Source: Callorhinchus milii (lineage: Eukaryota). Taken from it: 64,000 bases of DNA. Location of the stretch: positions 40,674,001 through 40,738,000 of the forward strand of contig NW_024704743.1 of the NCBI RefSeq assembly GCF_018977255.1. The letters run 5' to 3'. The notes under the pieces were generated by a model, which was not told the DNA's origin, searched no databases, and worked only from the letters and a program-made list of their open reading frames with translations. Position numbers and translations under genes: made by a program. Below, one piece after another: positions 27,300 to 40,712 of this stretch (positions are counted from its first letter, which is position 1; every line of letters begins with the position of its first letter).

Positions 27300-27770
27300 G
27301 CAGGGTCTCCTTGGAGCTGAACTGGCTCCAAAATGACATGCCTGGCAATGGAATATCGGGATTGAGCCAGCCCTCTGTGGTGGTCTTGGTAGCCCGATTC
27401 CTGAGCCAGGAGGGTCTGTACTATTCTAGGGCACTGCTGATGACAGCACAGCCAGCCTGGCTCAACAGCAGGACCTGGAAGGGCAGACCAGTCACTGGGG
27501 GCAGGGAGTCATCCCATTCAGCTCATGTTAACACTGCAAGCCAAAACCCTAATGGGTAGGGTGGTCCTAGCTGGACAAGCAGTGGGAAAGCTTGCCAGAC
27601 AGCGATATGAATGGTAAGCTATGCAGTTTCAGCTAGTTAGGCTCCAGCATTACCTCAACGCACACTCCCCAAGCATTGACTCTTCCCAACCTGCGGTTTA
27701 CTACTTTCCAGAATTAAATAAGCAGGGTGTATTCTTCCAGAGAGAGAGTGCACATTCCATCCCAACAATC
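27300..27770 (+). repeat. Unidentified old dispersed repeat (longest of 4 copies)
   Basis: Core ccctaatgggtagggtggtcctagctggacaagcagtgggaaagcttgcca...gcacattccat recurs at 5705-6045 (-), 30900-31070 (-) and 41385-41600 (+). Confidence 0.8.
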
Positions 27771-28009
27771 TACCACTGGGATTTCCATGTGTAGGTCGGA
27801 TGCACGGAAATCTCAGCTCTTAAGCATATGTTAGACAACCGGCTGACCATAACAAATTATAATTTTATGGGTAGTCCTCATTAGAGAGCTATTTACATAG
27901 AGGCAGGAACTTGACTGTCGCATTTACTAATGACTCAAACAAATGTTAAGAAAAAAAGATAGGAACACGTTTGTGAACCAGTACACTACAGACCGCACAT
28001 TGTAATGAT

Positions 28010-28330
28010 ACTTGTCTTTTCTAATCTTCCAGACAGGCCATAGTCCTGTGAGCCAAAATTTATCTATCCTGTTTCTGCTGAATTTGTTTTCTCAGGTTTG
28101 ATGCTGTGATTAATCTGTCTGAAACTAAATTGAATGGCATCTCTCTTGTCTATCAAACCTTGTTTTGATGAACTCAATCCCTCTTCAATTTCTTCCATTT
28201 AATTCTCAAAGTAGCTGAAAGGCTCTGTGGCAAATCTAACCAGGGTCAGACTGGCTTGCAAATGGGGCTCTTAAATTGGTGCATCAATGAGTCGATGAGC
28301 ATTCTAATTGTCACCACATTGGATGACAAT
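28010..28330 (-). pseudogene. Fn3-like exon remnant
   Basis: Acceptor ttcttttatttcaag. A single frame reads LSSNVVTIRM...*PWLDLPQSLSATLRIKWKK...LITASNL with stops. Confidence 0.5.
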
Positions 28331-28829
28331 CTTGAAATAAAAGAACAATATATTGTACATTATTGATTGTCCAGCACAGAACAATACATTCACATGTTTA
28401 AACATTTATAATACATTTCTAGTATTAATTATTACAAGGAAAGCCATTATTGAAGGTCGCCAATCTCTTTCCTTAAATGTTGCCACATTACTGACCTGTC
28501 AATCACACACATCATACTGCATTTCTCCTTAAATTTCCTGATCTGCCATAGGCCATCACCTTCAATATTCACACCTATTGCAACCTGGGAATGTTGTTCC
28601 TGAGGCATATCAGGTGTAAAACATAACAGGAAAAGAATATTGTTTTATTGATTTTCTGATTCGTAACACTTGTAAACATAAATAGTTTTAAATCGATATT
28701 CCTTCAGATTCTACCATTTTACTGAGGCCATAAGGATGGGACTGTTTTTGGAAACAACTTATATGGTAGAGAGTCAATATCATCAGCTTCACCCTTTAAG
28801 CTTTCAGGGTCAAACAATCCAGTCAGAGA

Positions 28830-29230
28830 GTTCAGTCCTCCATAACCTGCTAGGATATTATCCCCGTCACTGTTCAGAGCTGAGTGTCAAACACAGTCTC
28901 TTCCATTGGTGATTTTTTGATAACATGAAGCCTTTTATGGACCTCCTCTTTGGTACTGCTATGCTTTGCAATTGCATCCAACCAATATGTGACCTCATGC
29001 CTTTCCTCCTGACCTGTTTCACATTTCAAAACATTCATTTTACATCAAAGGCACTAAATCAGTGCACGCTGTCATCATGTAATTGGGGTCATTGACCACA
29101 CGGCAATATGGTGCGTGTTATTGAACCTCCCTCTGTTTACGTTGAGTCCATCTCATACTCTGTAATTCGAGGTTGCACTGTGCTTTTCGCCAAGATTACC
29201 AATTTCTGATTATCTGCTGTTGGTCTCATT
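28830..29230 (-). pseudogene. Tandem Fn3-like remnant
   Basis: Across frameshifts: EIGNL...SNYRV*; FSAFDVK*; HEVTYWLDAIAKHSSTKEEVHKRLHVIKN; TNGRDCV*HSALNSDG. Confidence 0.5.
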
Positions 29231-30431
29231 GCGTGCACACTTGTCAAGGGTCAATGGCTTCTTTTCTGACATGTTCAACTTCTTCACTGTGATTAGGAAC
29301 AGTCTCCAATAACTTGGTGCATTGAAATCTGGGGAGCCTGAAAATGGAGCATAATCCACTGAGTAGTAAATCAACAGCTACTATTACAGACTGCACAAAG
29401 TGCTTTTAAGTCTAACTGTTGAAATTCACTGCAAAATTGTTTGTCCTCAACTTGCTTGAATTCAAAGTGGGAATCTCCAATCTTTGTTTTGTTTTCTTCT
29501 GTCTGCTAAATCATCATTGCTCAGAAAACTGTTATGGCATGAGCTCCCATGACCTGTGTGTTCATTCTATGTCAGCGTTCAGCTGCTGCGGCATTTCTGT
29601 GCAATGATTGAATGCTTTTGTACGGCTTTCTTTTCTCTTAGCACCAGATGCCTGACATGATATATGTTATGCTTTCCAAAAATATATATATATTGAGTAA
29701 TTTTAGATGATCTTTCAACTTTTGTTCTGTTCAGCTTTGATTCTCTTTACAGGTTCAAGTTTACATTTCTGAGCTCCTCTTCAGCTCCTGTCATCACACA
29801 TATGCTTTTCCTTTCATGGATTTGAGGCCTGAAATTTCACCTGTCTAACAATTTTGCTTTAAAATGTAAGATGGCACAGAATTGTGGAAAATTCTTCATT
29901 CAGTCTTAATTTGGAAGCTGGTGCCCTAATTCACATCTCCAGGCTCATCCAATGCTCACTGGACTATGTAGTTCCTCTCTACACAACCTGCAAATCATCG
30001 AAAACTCTGCAATCCATGTCTTCCTCTGCATCAGCCTCTATGAGCCCATCACCCCCAGCCTCGCTTGGCTCCACTGGTGCCCTATCACTCAGTGCATCAA
30101 TTTCATGATCCTCGTCCTCACTTGAGATGGCCTCCATGACGTACCTCTGCAACTACTTGCAAGGAACTCCCTCTATTCAGCAAACTATGCTCCACCTGAT
30201 CTGCCCCACAATCAGTAGGAGAGCTTGTAGCCATTCTGCCTTCTTTCTCTAGAAAAGTATCTCAGGGTCCCTCCACTCTGCTTCCCCACCTTTCAAACCT
30301 ACCTTTGAATTTATTTCTTCAAACATGCCTTTGATCAACTTTCCCCTTCCCCTTCTCAGACTCCCCTCACTCAAATTCCCTCCTTTCCCAGTTTTTATTA
30401 TCAGTCACTTGTGTGAAGTGCTTTGAGACAT

Positions 30432-30750
30432 ATAATAATAATAATAATCCTTGCATTTGATATAGTGCTTTTTGCATCTTCTAGATGTCTCAAGGCGCTT
30501 CACAGAATATGCTGTAAAGTGAATTGACTGTATATTTGTGGGTGAAACGCGGCAGCCAATTGCACACAGCAGTGTCCCACAAACAGTCGTAGATTGAAAA
30601 TGACCAATTTATTATTGTTTTGTTTTTTGGAGGGATTATTATTAGGTTTGTGGAGTAAGGAAACTTGCCCAAGGTTTCGCCCTGCCTGGAATTGAGCCCA
30701 GGTGTCTCGCCTTCAAGGCAAGTGCTCTAACCACTGAGCTATGAGACTCC
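30432..30750 (-). mobile_element. Young SINE inserted in an older L2 tail
   Basis: Reverse-complement copy of the 6182 family; acat repeated on both sides. Confidence 0.92.
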
Positions 30751-32752
30751 ACATCCTCCCCACTTGGAATAATCTAGGTGTCACCATTGCTTAAGAGTAT
30801 CCAAACCAAACTGAGAGTTCTATGGAACTCTCAAATTTTCAGCACATGGTAATTCCCATGTATTGTAATCATAATATAATAATATTATATTATTATTATT
30901 GGAATGGAATGCATATTTTCTCCCTGGAGGGATGCATCCTGCTTAACTAATTTCAGGGAGTATTAAGCACAGGCTGGCAAGAGCCAAGGGTTTGGGACCC
31001 CAGAATGTGTGTTATGGTACTCCTGGAGTTAAATCAGCTAAAATCACATAGCTTGCCACTGAAAACACAAGATTTTCCATTGGTCTTAATGTCAAATAGT
31101 CAAGTGATAAATTTAACCCCTCCAACATTTGTTTTATATATATTTCAAAAAGTACAAAAATAACCTCAAAATGGATGTAAATAACCAAATTACCCTCTGA
31201 AAAGTGAAGTGAAAAAATATGGTTCTCATTGTAGGATGCATAAAGCAATCTTAGCACACAAATATAGATAAGCTGCCTCCATCTGAAACACAGTCACATC
31301 AAGGTTGCTTAAAGAAGCAACTAAAAAATTCAGCTCTAAAAAATTATTGAAGCATCCTGAGTGAATTGTTCTTCACATAAAAGTAATTAATGATGTGATT
31401 ATTAATATTAACACAATGGGAATGAATAAACAGCAAAGAAGAAAAAAGGAAGACAGAAGAAATACAAATCAATGTTTTAGGCAAATATTTGTATAAAATT
31501 TACAACAAAATAAATTATCACTAACATTTTGTTACTCATTCCAATTGTAAGTATATATAGAATAAAGCCATTTGGTCTATCGTGTTTCTGTTGGCTCCTT
31601 TAAAGATCAATCCTTTCAGTCCTATTTATCTGTCCTTTCCTCATACCCCTGTAATAATATTTTTTCATGTTAGGAGATCATTTTAAGAAGGTTCACAAGA
31701 TGTTCTGTAAACTGTAAAGACTGTGTATTTGTAGGCAAATGGAGCAGCCAATTTGAACAGAGCAATCTCGTAAAAGCAGGTATATATACTCATGTAGTTT
31801 AGATTAAGACATTGTGGAAAAATAAAAATATACACTGATTTTTTTGTTTTACTTCAGGACGAGCTACCTGAACTGCAGCAGTCTTTTCTGAGCATGGATA
31901 TTTCCATATTCTTATAAGTCCTAACATTCATTGAATATTTATTAAGGCAACATTATCTTGTGTAAAAAAATAACTCTTTATGCACGAAGAAGTATACAAA
32001 ATATACATTGGAATAGTGGCAAAATGTAAATTAAAAAATACTTCCCAGTAAACTTTACCTGAATACATGCATTTATCTTAACAGTTTGCATTGTATTAGT
32101 GCCCAGTCTTTGTTTCTCCCTCCTCCTAAAAATCAATGTAAATTTTATTTTATTTTTATTTTCATTCTAGTGTCAGACACAGATTTGTTCCAATGTGTTA
32201 TATTAAATTAAACAATGCATTTTTGTTCTATTTTATGGATATTCATAAGAACAGCTGCTGAATTCCTCAGAGTAGTACTTTGGATTGAGGGCGCATCAAT
32301 CTCAAGATCCCACATTGTTTCTCAATCCTTGATAAAGTACCCATGGGTCATTTAAAAAATACTTTGCTTCCGCCAGACTTTTAATAATTACTCTATTTAG
32401 ATTCTACATGTTTGAAACCCTGTTCTGTTCATGCTGAGTACTGAATCTTTTATTGCAAGCTTTAAGTGGAATTTACTGTAATAAGTTGATCGAAAGATAT
32501 ATTTCATGTGAATCTCCTTTATGTTTTAAACTTTACTGATATATCACCTGACCTTAAACCACAGGAAACACACTGTGGTCATTTTGAAAGAATAGAGATT
32601 TTTGTCTTTAACTTCAAGATTGTCTCTGTACAAGGAGGTACTTAATCAAATCCAAGATACCCGATGTCAGGTCAAGTGCCCAGAGAGACTTGCTCTACCA
32701 CGAAGGGATAAGATAGAATCTAGGCTGAAATGAAGTACAAGTAAGATATCAC

Positions 32753-32941
32753 TTAATTAATTATTGTTAATCCACATTTTATGATCAGATAAGTCTGTCG
32801 AGGATACGGTAGAGAGTTCTGAATAACAGCGTGTTTAAATTTCACACCAGTGTGGTGAGCAGAGTGATGAGAAATCCAGAATAAGGGAAGATAAATCCAG
32901 GAGCAGGAATCGTTCAAGTTAATTTTTAAAATCCAGTTCAA
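32753..32941 (-). pseudogene. Fn3-like remnant abutting the CR1 insertion
   Basis: Reads KHAVIQNSLPYPRQTYLII, resembling L-x-P-x-x-T-Y-x-I. Confidence 0.35.
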
Positions 32942-32944
32942 CCC

Positions 32945-33930
32945 ATATTCCTGAATTTGTAATGGATTATTTTAAACAAGACTTGTAAAAGATTTGTAAG
33001 AAAAATAGAAGCCCATGGTATAAAAGGGACAGTGGCAGCATGGATCCAGGACTGGCTGGGAGACCGAAAGCAGAGATTTGTGGTAAACGCCTGCTTTTCT
33101 GACTGGAGGGAAGTGTACAGTGCTGTCCCCCAGGGATCGGTATTGGGACCACTGCTCTTCTTCGTATACATAAATGAGTGACTTGGGTATAGCAAGTTCC
33201 ATTTCCAAGTTTGCGGATGACACAAAGTTAGGTAGGGTAGTAAACAATGAGAAGCACAGTAGCCAACGGCAGGAAGACATAGACAGAATGGTAAAATGGG
33301 CAGACATATGGCAGATGAATTTCAATGTGGAGAAATGCGAGGTAATGCATTTTGGAAGAAAGAATGAAGGGAGGCAATATAGGCTGGTAATACAATCTTA
33401 AAGGGGGTGAAGGAACAGAGAGACCTGGGGGTGCAGGTAAATGAATCCTTGAAGGTGGCAGGACGGGTAGATAATGCTGTAAAAAGGGCATATGGGATAC
33501 TAGGCTTTATAAATAGAGGAATAGAGTATAAGAGTCAGGAGGTTATGATTAATCTATATAAAACACTGGTTAGGCCTCAGTTAGAATACTGCGCCCAATT
33601 CTGGGCACCAGACTATAGGTTGTGTAGGTGACTCGAGGTCACAGATTTAAAATAGTTTGTAAAAGAAGCAGAGGGGAGGTGAGAAGAAATGTTTTCATGC
33701 AGTGAGTTGTTCGAATCTGGAATGCATTGCCTGAAAGGGTGGTCGAGGCCGATTCGATAACAACTTTTAAAAACGCGGTGGATGGGTATTTGAGGAGGAC
33801 GGGTTTGCAGGGCATGGGGAAAGGGCTGGGGAGTGGGATTCACATTACATTTCTCTTTTCAAAGAGCCGGCACAGACTTGATGGGCCGAACGGCCTCTTT
33901 TTGTGCTGTACGATTCTGTGATTCTATGAT
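32945..33930 (+). mobile_element. CR1-clade LINE 3' fragment with internal deletion
   Basis: VPQGSVLGPLLF, ISKFADDTKLG and LYKTLVRPQLEYCAQFWAP; jumps to the 3' region near 33620; ends attctgtgattctatgat. Confidence 0.93.
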
Positions 33931-35406
33931 CCAAGTTGGAGCTGACATGTTCTGAATACAAGGATCAGCCAAGCCACTGTGCCAGCATTAGGAGTTTAGC
34001 TCCACAGACAGCTTTTAGAAATGAATGGAAAATGTGATGTTTTACAATGGACTTGCACGTCAGATACATTATGAAACAAAATGTATTTCATCCGGATATC
34101 AGTCAGCTCTGAAAAGTATTTATGACTGCTTTGAAGTGTCTGAAAGATTTTCCAAATGTTCTCAGTGGGTAAAAAAATTCAGAAAAGCACAAGCACTGCT
34201 GAAATAATGTTCCATTTATTTAACATCTAAATACATGCTTCAAAGGTGATATAGAAGCACGGTAATTAAACCTTTGGACCATGCCGTCATGTAAAAAAGC
34301 ATGTTTTAATGTTGGGCATTCCTCCAATTTTGTGGTGCATTGCTGCTAAAGTAGCCATATCAGATTAAATTGGGTTAAAAAAGAAAGAAAATTGGTTTAA
34401 TAAAAATAACACAGTATGGCATTGAAGGGAACCAACAGTAGAAGCACAGAATAAAATAATTCCCAGTGGAATAAACCACAGATTGGTTCTGCTTTGGACA
34501 GTGTGTGCCATGGTACAATTTCATTCAATTCAGCAAATCCAATATCCTGTGCTACTCTTGTGACTGCGGGGACTGTTTTTCAACATATTTCAGGAAATCA
34601 TGGTGCTGCAAGGCTCTCGTCTAGACCGCATGTAATGGTAAACCAGTGAACAACAAGGTTATCTCAGCTGAATTTTGCATGCTATCACCTATTTTTATTC
34701 ATGAATAACATGATTAATTTCTAAATTTATAAACAGGGAGGGGGATCAGAACCTGTTGTGTGCAAAAGAATGCATTGTATGTCAAGGGTAAGTTATTATT
34801 CTCTGAAGCACCTACAATGAATGATATAATGTGATTCCTTCTCCCAAGTGCTTTCCGTGCAGGAAAGTGATTTACCTGTCGATCAAAATATTCCAGCCAG
34901 CCCTATATTCTTCATGGACTCATTACAAAAGCAATGTCTTTTAGAAGTCCTGTCCTACAAAGACTGATTTCAATCGAGTTAAAACATCAAGCAGCCTAAT
35001 CTACAAAGTATTTTCCCCTCAAACATATGTCCACATCCATTTCCCAACTGTGCAAAGATAATGAGAGCACTTAGGAGAAAGTGAGCCATACCTCATAATG
35101 CTGACAAAACAAATATACAAAAAAAGCCCACAAAAAATACAGTCAATTCACTTTACGGTATATTCTGTGAAGCACGTTGAGACGTCTCGAAGACGTGATA
35201 AAGCGCTATCTCAAATGCAAGGTTTATAATTATTATTGTATCCTTTTGTAAAATTATATAAAGCAATGTAGTAGGGAGTGAGCATAAAGGTCTGGTTTAT
35301 ATTTGACTAAAAATCTATTCCTTTTAGCCTATTATTAATGCAAACTAACAACGAATGCATATCACAATAGAGTCCTACACAAGAAGTAAAACAATACATT
35401 GAGTTC

Positions 35407-35722
35407 AATAATAATAATAATCCTTGCATTTGATATAGCGCTTTTCACGTCGGAAGGACGTCCCAAAGCGCTTCACAGAACACACTGTAAAGTGAATTGA
35501 CTGTATATTTGTGGGCGAACGCGGCAGCCAATTGCGCACAGCAATGTCCCACAAACAGTCGTAGATTGAAAATGCCAATTTTATTATTGTTTTTGGTTTT
35601 GGAGGGATTATTATTAGGCGTGTGGAGTAAGGAAACTTGCCCAAGGTTTCGCCCTGCCTGGAATTGAACTCAGGTCTCTCGCTTGCAAAGCGAGTGCTCT
35701 AACCACTGAGCTACAGGACTCC
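35407..35722 (-). mobile_element. Young SINE, CpG-rich copy
   Basis: Near-identical to 6182-6503. Confidence 0.93.
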
Positions 35723-35782
35723 ACAATTACAGGACTCAATGAATTACATTTCATAATAATGTTTCATTAAAAATGACACTAA

Positions 35783-36030
35783 AGGGATTGGGTGCTGCAG
35801 CAAATTAGCAAGTTCCCTTTCAACTCTCAGACCAGGGTTTGAACCCAGCATTGACTGGTAGGATAAAAGCCTTTTCTCACCACCAACTGGAAAGGTTTAA
35901 GTAAAATGTGTTTGGACAGATTCAACACATCTCACAGTGGATGTAAGTCCACAGCAGTAAACTATACATAATTCAGCATTAATTATTAAATTGTCAGTCT
36001 CACTTGCAAGGGGTCTCTACAATGAGCTGA
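35783..36030 (+). mobile_element. LF-SINE-like relic
   Basis: cctttcaactctcagaccagggtttgaacccagc and aaaatgtgtttgg...cagtggatgtaagtccacagcagtaaac...gcattaatt follow my recollection of the LF-SINE consensus in order. Confidence 0.55.
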
Positions 36031-36891
36031 TTGATTAAGGAACGAGATATTCACTGAAAAGGGAATGGGTTGAAAATAAACCAAATAAAAATTGCATTGC
36101 CAAGCACATCTCAGTAAATGCTTCACTGGGGGAAAAAAAATCTGTACAGAACTTGTAATAGCCAAAGACAGAAAAACAGTAATAAATTATTATTTGCAGT
36201 AGTAAACAAGGTTAGAAGGAAGTTAGAATCTACTGATAGATTAATACATATCTTTCTGGTCCTTTTTAAATGAGTTGGTAACGGGTTCACATGAAAGGCT
36301 CAATCTCATTTCCTCTTGAATCTTCTGATAAAATCTGCAACTGCTCCTTTCTTGTGTAGTTTATTCCATGCAGTCAGCCATGTAGTTAGAAAAGCTAATT
36401 GCATTTTCTGATAACTTGCAATGTTTGCTAAATTTGCCTGCAAATGCACAGTCACTGCACTTTACAGTAAGATCCTATGAAACACTCTGAGATGTCTCTT
36501 AGCACAATTTCAAAGATGTCCTGGTCAACAATCCTCAGATGAAATTGGTTATTCACTTCATGGCTGTGTGTGGCACATTGGACTGTGCAAATTTGCTGCC
36601 TTATTCACACATTAAATACAATTGCGACACTTCACAGAAAATCCTGTGAGGTGCTTTGGGAATCCTCCAGATGTGAAAGCACTATATCAAAGGCAGGGAT
36701 TATTGGATTATTGAATTTATTATTATTATTATTATGAAAGCTGGACAAATATAAGAAAAGGTCAATGAGATAATGGTTAACTCCCCATATTGCTGTAGTG
36801 GAGCTTAAATGCCTCTGTAATGGATCCTAACATTTGAATTGCTCCACGCAGTGACAGTGAATGGAAATTCACTGCAGCATATTATAAAAAA

Positions 36892-36892
36892 N
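36892..36892. other. Single N (ambiguous base or assembly join)
   Basis: The sequence has n at 36892. Confidence 0.95.
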
Positions 36893-38477
36893 TCATTCCA
36901 TGCAATAATAACTTGCATTTATATAGCACCTTTCACATAAAAGAACATCTCAAAGTGGTCAAGTATATACATTAATTTGGCTTGCATTTTCTACATACTT
37001 ATTACAACTGTTGCTCAGATTACTCTGTGCAGATCTAAAAATTATTATCATAATATATTGATAATCCTTGCATTTGATGTAGAATCTTGTCACATTGTTG
37101 AGATGTCTCAAAGAGGTTCACAGGAAATATTGTAATATACAGTGACTGTGTGTATTTTGTGGGTAAATGCAACAGACAATTTGCATTCAGCAGTGTCCCA
37201 CAAAAAGTCATCTCGTGAGCAACTAATTTTAATTTGGGGGACTGTTTGCCAGGACATTAGGAGAAAGACTCCCTTCTCTTTTTGAACAGTGCTATGGGAT
37301 CTTCAATGTCCATCTGAACAGGACCTCGCTTTACGGTCCCACCGGAAGTACGGCATCTCCCACAATGAGGCACACCACCAGCACTACAATGGACTGTCAG
37401 CGTATTGTAAGAATTGTAATGGAAATTGTTTCATGGTTATTTGCAGTTAGTTTCAATCTGCTAAATTGTAAATGCTGCAGTTATTGAATGGAGTTTCTTC
37501 CGATAACCTGAACAACACTCGCACGTATAAAATTGGTCATTCACTTCATGGTATTTCTGGGAATATACTGTATCCAAATCAACTGCTGCATTTGCCTAGA
37601 AAACATTTTACAGTAAATCTTGTGAAGCATTTGAGACATCTTCCCGACGTAAAAGGTGCTATATCAAATACAAGAATTATTGTTGTTATTAAGTTCACAA
37701 TGTTCATTTTCTCACTGGCCAATAAGAGTCAATCATGTTTTCCAGATGGACTACTTTTGAATGCAGCAATTTTTTTGTATACAGCTGGTAACAATACCAC
37801 TGAGATCATTAAAAATCTGCTTTTCATTCCCGGTTAACAATAATAAAGAAAACAAAACTTGCATTTGACATAGTACCTTATCACTGCATCGAGACATCTC
37901 CAAACGCCTTACAGGATTTTACTGTGAAGCATTGCAACTGTTTGTAGGTTAGTATGTTCGCCAAAATACACACAGAAATATCAATCATGAAGTGAAGTCA
38001 ATTCTATCTGAGGGATTGTTGACCAGGACACAAAGAGAAATTAGCTTTTCTTTTGAATAAGGCCATGGGAACTTTAACATTCACCTGAAAAGGCAGGTGG
38101 GCCCTCAGCTTAACATATCATCAGAAAGATGGCACCTCCTACAATGCAGCACACCCCAGCACTGCACTGGAGTGCCTTACTGGAATGTGAGCTCCAAGTC
38201 CTGACATAGGGCTTGAACACACAACCTTCTGACTCAGAGTTATGAGTGCTACCAGGAGGAGATGGCTGCCCAGTATTTTGTACGGCAGAATGTGATACAC
38301 CAGGATAGAGCCAAGGCTGGAGCAGGCCCATAGTTCCTGGAGCACAGTAATTGTGCTGTCCACGGCTGAACGACTGAACTAATTTTTCACCAACAAACTA
38401 TATCGAAACATTTTGTCCACTGTCTAATACAACATTATGGCAGGAACAAACTTTATTTAGTTACACTTGCATATTGT

Positions 38478-38920
38478 GAGTCAGCTTGGCTCAGTGTTAG
38501 CACTCTCACCTCTGAGTTAGAAGGTTGTGGGTTCTAAACCCACATCTGGACGTGGAAGCACATAGTGTACGCTGACAATCCAGTGCTGAGGTTGTGTTGC
38601 ATTGTCGGAAGTACCGTCTTTCGGATGAGACTTTCAACCTAGGTCCCATTTGCCTGTTCAGTTGGACGTTAAAGATCCAATGGCACTGTTCAAAAAGAGA
38701 AGGGAGTTTCTCTCAATGTCCTGACTAATAAATCCCCTAAGTAAAAAGATTGGTTACTCACTCCTTGGCTGCTTGTGGGACACTGCTGTGTGTAATTGAT
38801 TGCCTTGTTTCACCCACAAAATATGCAGTCAATTCACATTCCAGCATATGCCTCGAAGGGCTTTGAGACATCTCAACAATGTAATAATGAGCTATATCAA
38901 ATGCAACGATTATTATTATT
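38478..38920 (+). mobile_element. Old Deu-domain SINE (SacSINE1/AmnSINE1-like), near complete
   Basis: tRNA-like head, then cattgtcggaagtaccgtctttcggatgagac...aaagatccaatggcact...tgtcctgact. Further copies near 5283-5600, 11860-12110, 14030-14385, 37060-37400 (-), 37855-38255 (-), 53060-53408 and 56690-56900. Confidence 0.82.
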
Positions 38921-39311
38921 GCTGCGTGCAACTCGCCATCATTCTCCACCACTGTCAAGCACTCTAGGACACTGCCCTGTGTGAGGAGCACTATATAAAT
39001 AATGCTGCATTCACCCATTAAATACATAGTCAATCCACTTTACAGTATATCCTGTGAAGTACTTTGAGGTGTCTCGGCGACATTATAAGGCTCTACATCA
39101 AATGCAAGAATTATTATTATTGTTATTATTATTACATTTCCAAAAAGGTATTTTTCTGTGATGTTACTAGGGTTAAACCATTTACATAGTCATATACCTT
39201 GCACAGCAATAATCATTTGGAAAGCCTGTGCCTCACTGAGTAATGTTACATATAACACACTGTGTTCATCTACTATCTGTCTGTAATGCACGAGTGAATG
39301 CTTTTACTTAC

Positions 39312-39565
39312 TGAGTATCTTTGAATCCATTAGGAAAATGCACCTGGTTCCAATAGCAATTATGTTGGAGCTTCAGCAATAATTTCTCCTCCCATTTGAA
39401 GTTTGCAGTGTAATAGATCATATATAGATTACTTGCATGCTTTGGCTTCAAAATTAGCTTGTGATATAACTGCAAACTTAGAATGTTACCCATCAGGGAG
39501 TTATGTTTTAGTACAAAGCCTTGTAACATAGTTGTCCATCTATCCACAATAGATGTGATTACCAT
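39312..39565 (-). pseudogene. Fn3-like exon with an open frame
   Basis: ORF-track peptide VITSIVDRWTTMLQGFVLKH...LILKPKHASNLYMIYYTA; ends at donor ca|gtaagt. Confidence 0.5.
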
Positions 39566-39719
39566 ATCACTAAACCCTTAGCATATCACTAAATCCTGGC
39601 CTCAAATAACAGATCTGTAGTTCTGGCAAAAACAGTAATGATCAAAATACAATTTCCTTATTTTTGTAACCTGTGAATTTAAAGACAAATCTGCAATGTT
39701 ATTATTATTACATGATTCA

Positions 39720-40712
39720 TCACCTAATCAAGGCTCTGCCAATGTCTCTCACTATACATAAATCACAGGTGGCTCCTTAAGTGTAGATTCAACATCTACA
39801 TTACTGACTTACCTGACACAATTTCCCATGACCTCAACACCATAGGTGAGACCCTCTCTACTCCCTCTAAAGATAATGGCGGAATTCGTCTAATACTAGA
39901 AGCTCCAGTCCAAGGCCTCCTAAACCTTATTAACAGCCTTTGACCCAAACAACAAACCAGCAAAGGAACCAATTAATATCACCTTTAGCGATCAATGGGT
40001 CCAAAATGAGCCTTATCCACAATTTATGGGTGTAACCTTGGATAAAAGCTTGAACTTCCAAGCTCATCTGGAAAAGACAAGTGAAAAGGTAACTGCAAGG
40101 ACTAGCCTTACTCGAAAACTCGCAGGCACAACATGGGATGACAATGTGGACACGCTTCGAACAGCAACTCTAGCAGCATTGAATATTGCGCACCAGTCTG
40201 GGTAGGCAGTAATCAAATCTGTGGCTGCACAGATTAATGCTGTGATGAGAATCACAACTGGCACATATACCTCCACCCAAAACATACCTCCACCCAAAAC
40301 CTCCACCCAAAACCGTGCAACTCCTGAGTAAAATCAAACCCATGGCCAACCTGAACTTATCAATTCATGAGGATTTCCAGAACTTTCCGAAGACACGCCT
40401 GAAATCTCGCAAGCCTTTTTGGAGATGACCCTAAAGCATTGCCGTTCAATTCTAAGGTACACTGGGAGTTCTGGGATTATACTAATGTTCTGAACAACCA
40501 CCTGATTACTTACCCCACAAGAGATCTTCCAGGTTTCAACCAACCCTGGAAACCTTGGTCTGCATGAAAGACATGAAAGATAGAGACAATGTACAATGTG
40601 ACTGGGCACAGTTGCAAACTATGGACCACATTGTAAATCAATGCTCGCTTCGATTGTTAGACAGTGGCATCTCAAACTTACACCAAGCCACTTTCGAAGC
40701 TTCCCATTGGAT
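39720..40712 (+). mobile_element. Vingi/Ingi-type (I group) LINE fragment
   Basis: FNIYITDLP; MGVTLDKSLNFQAHLEKTSEKVTARTSLTRKLAGTTW..TLRTATLA..EYCAPVW; C-terminal [10 protein letters not shown]...HWI. Confidence 0.8.

Noticed and set aside
31855..31920. GLIRIWKYPC, resembling a WD40/EML-type exon
   Set aside because: Too short, weak splice signals and no companion WD40 exons.
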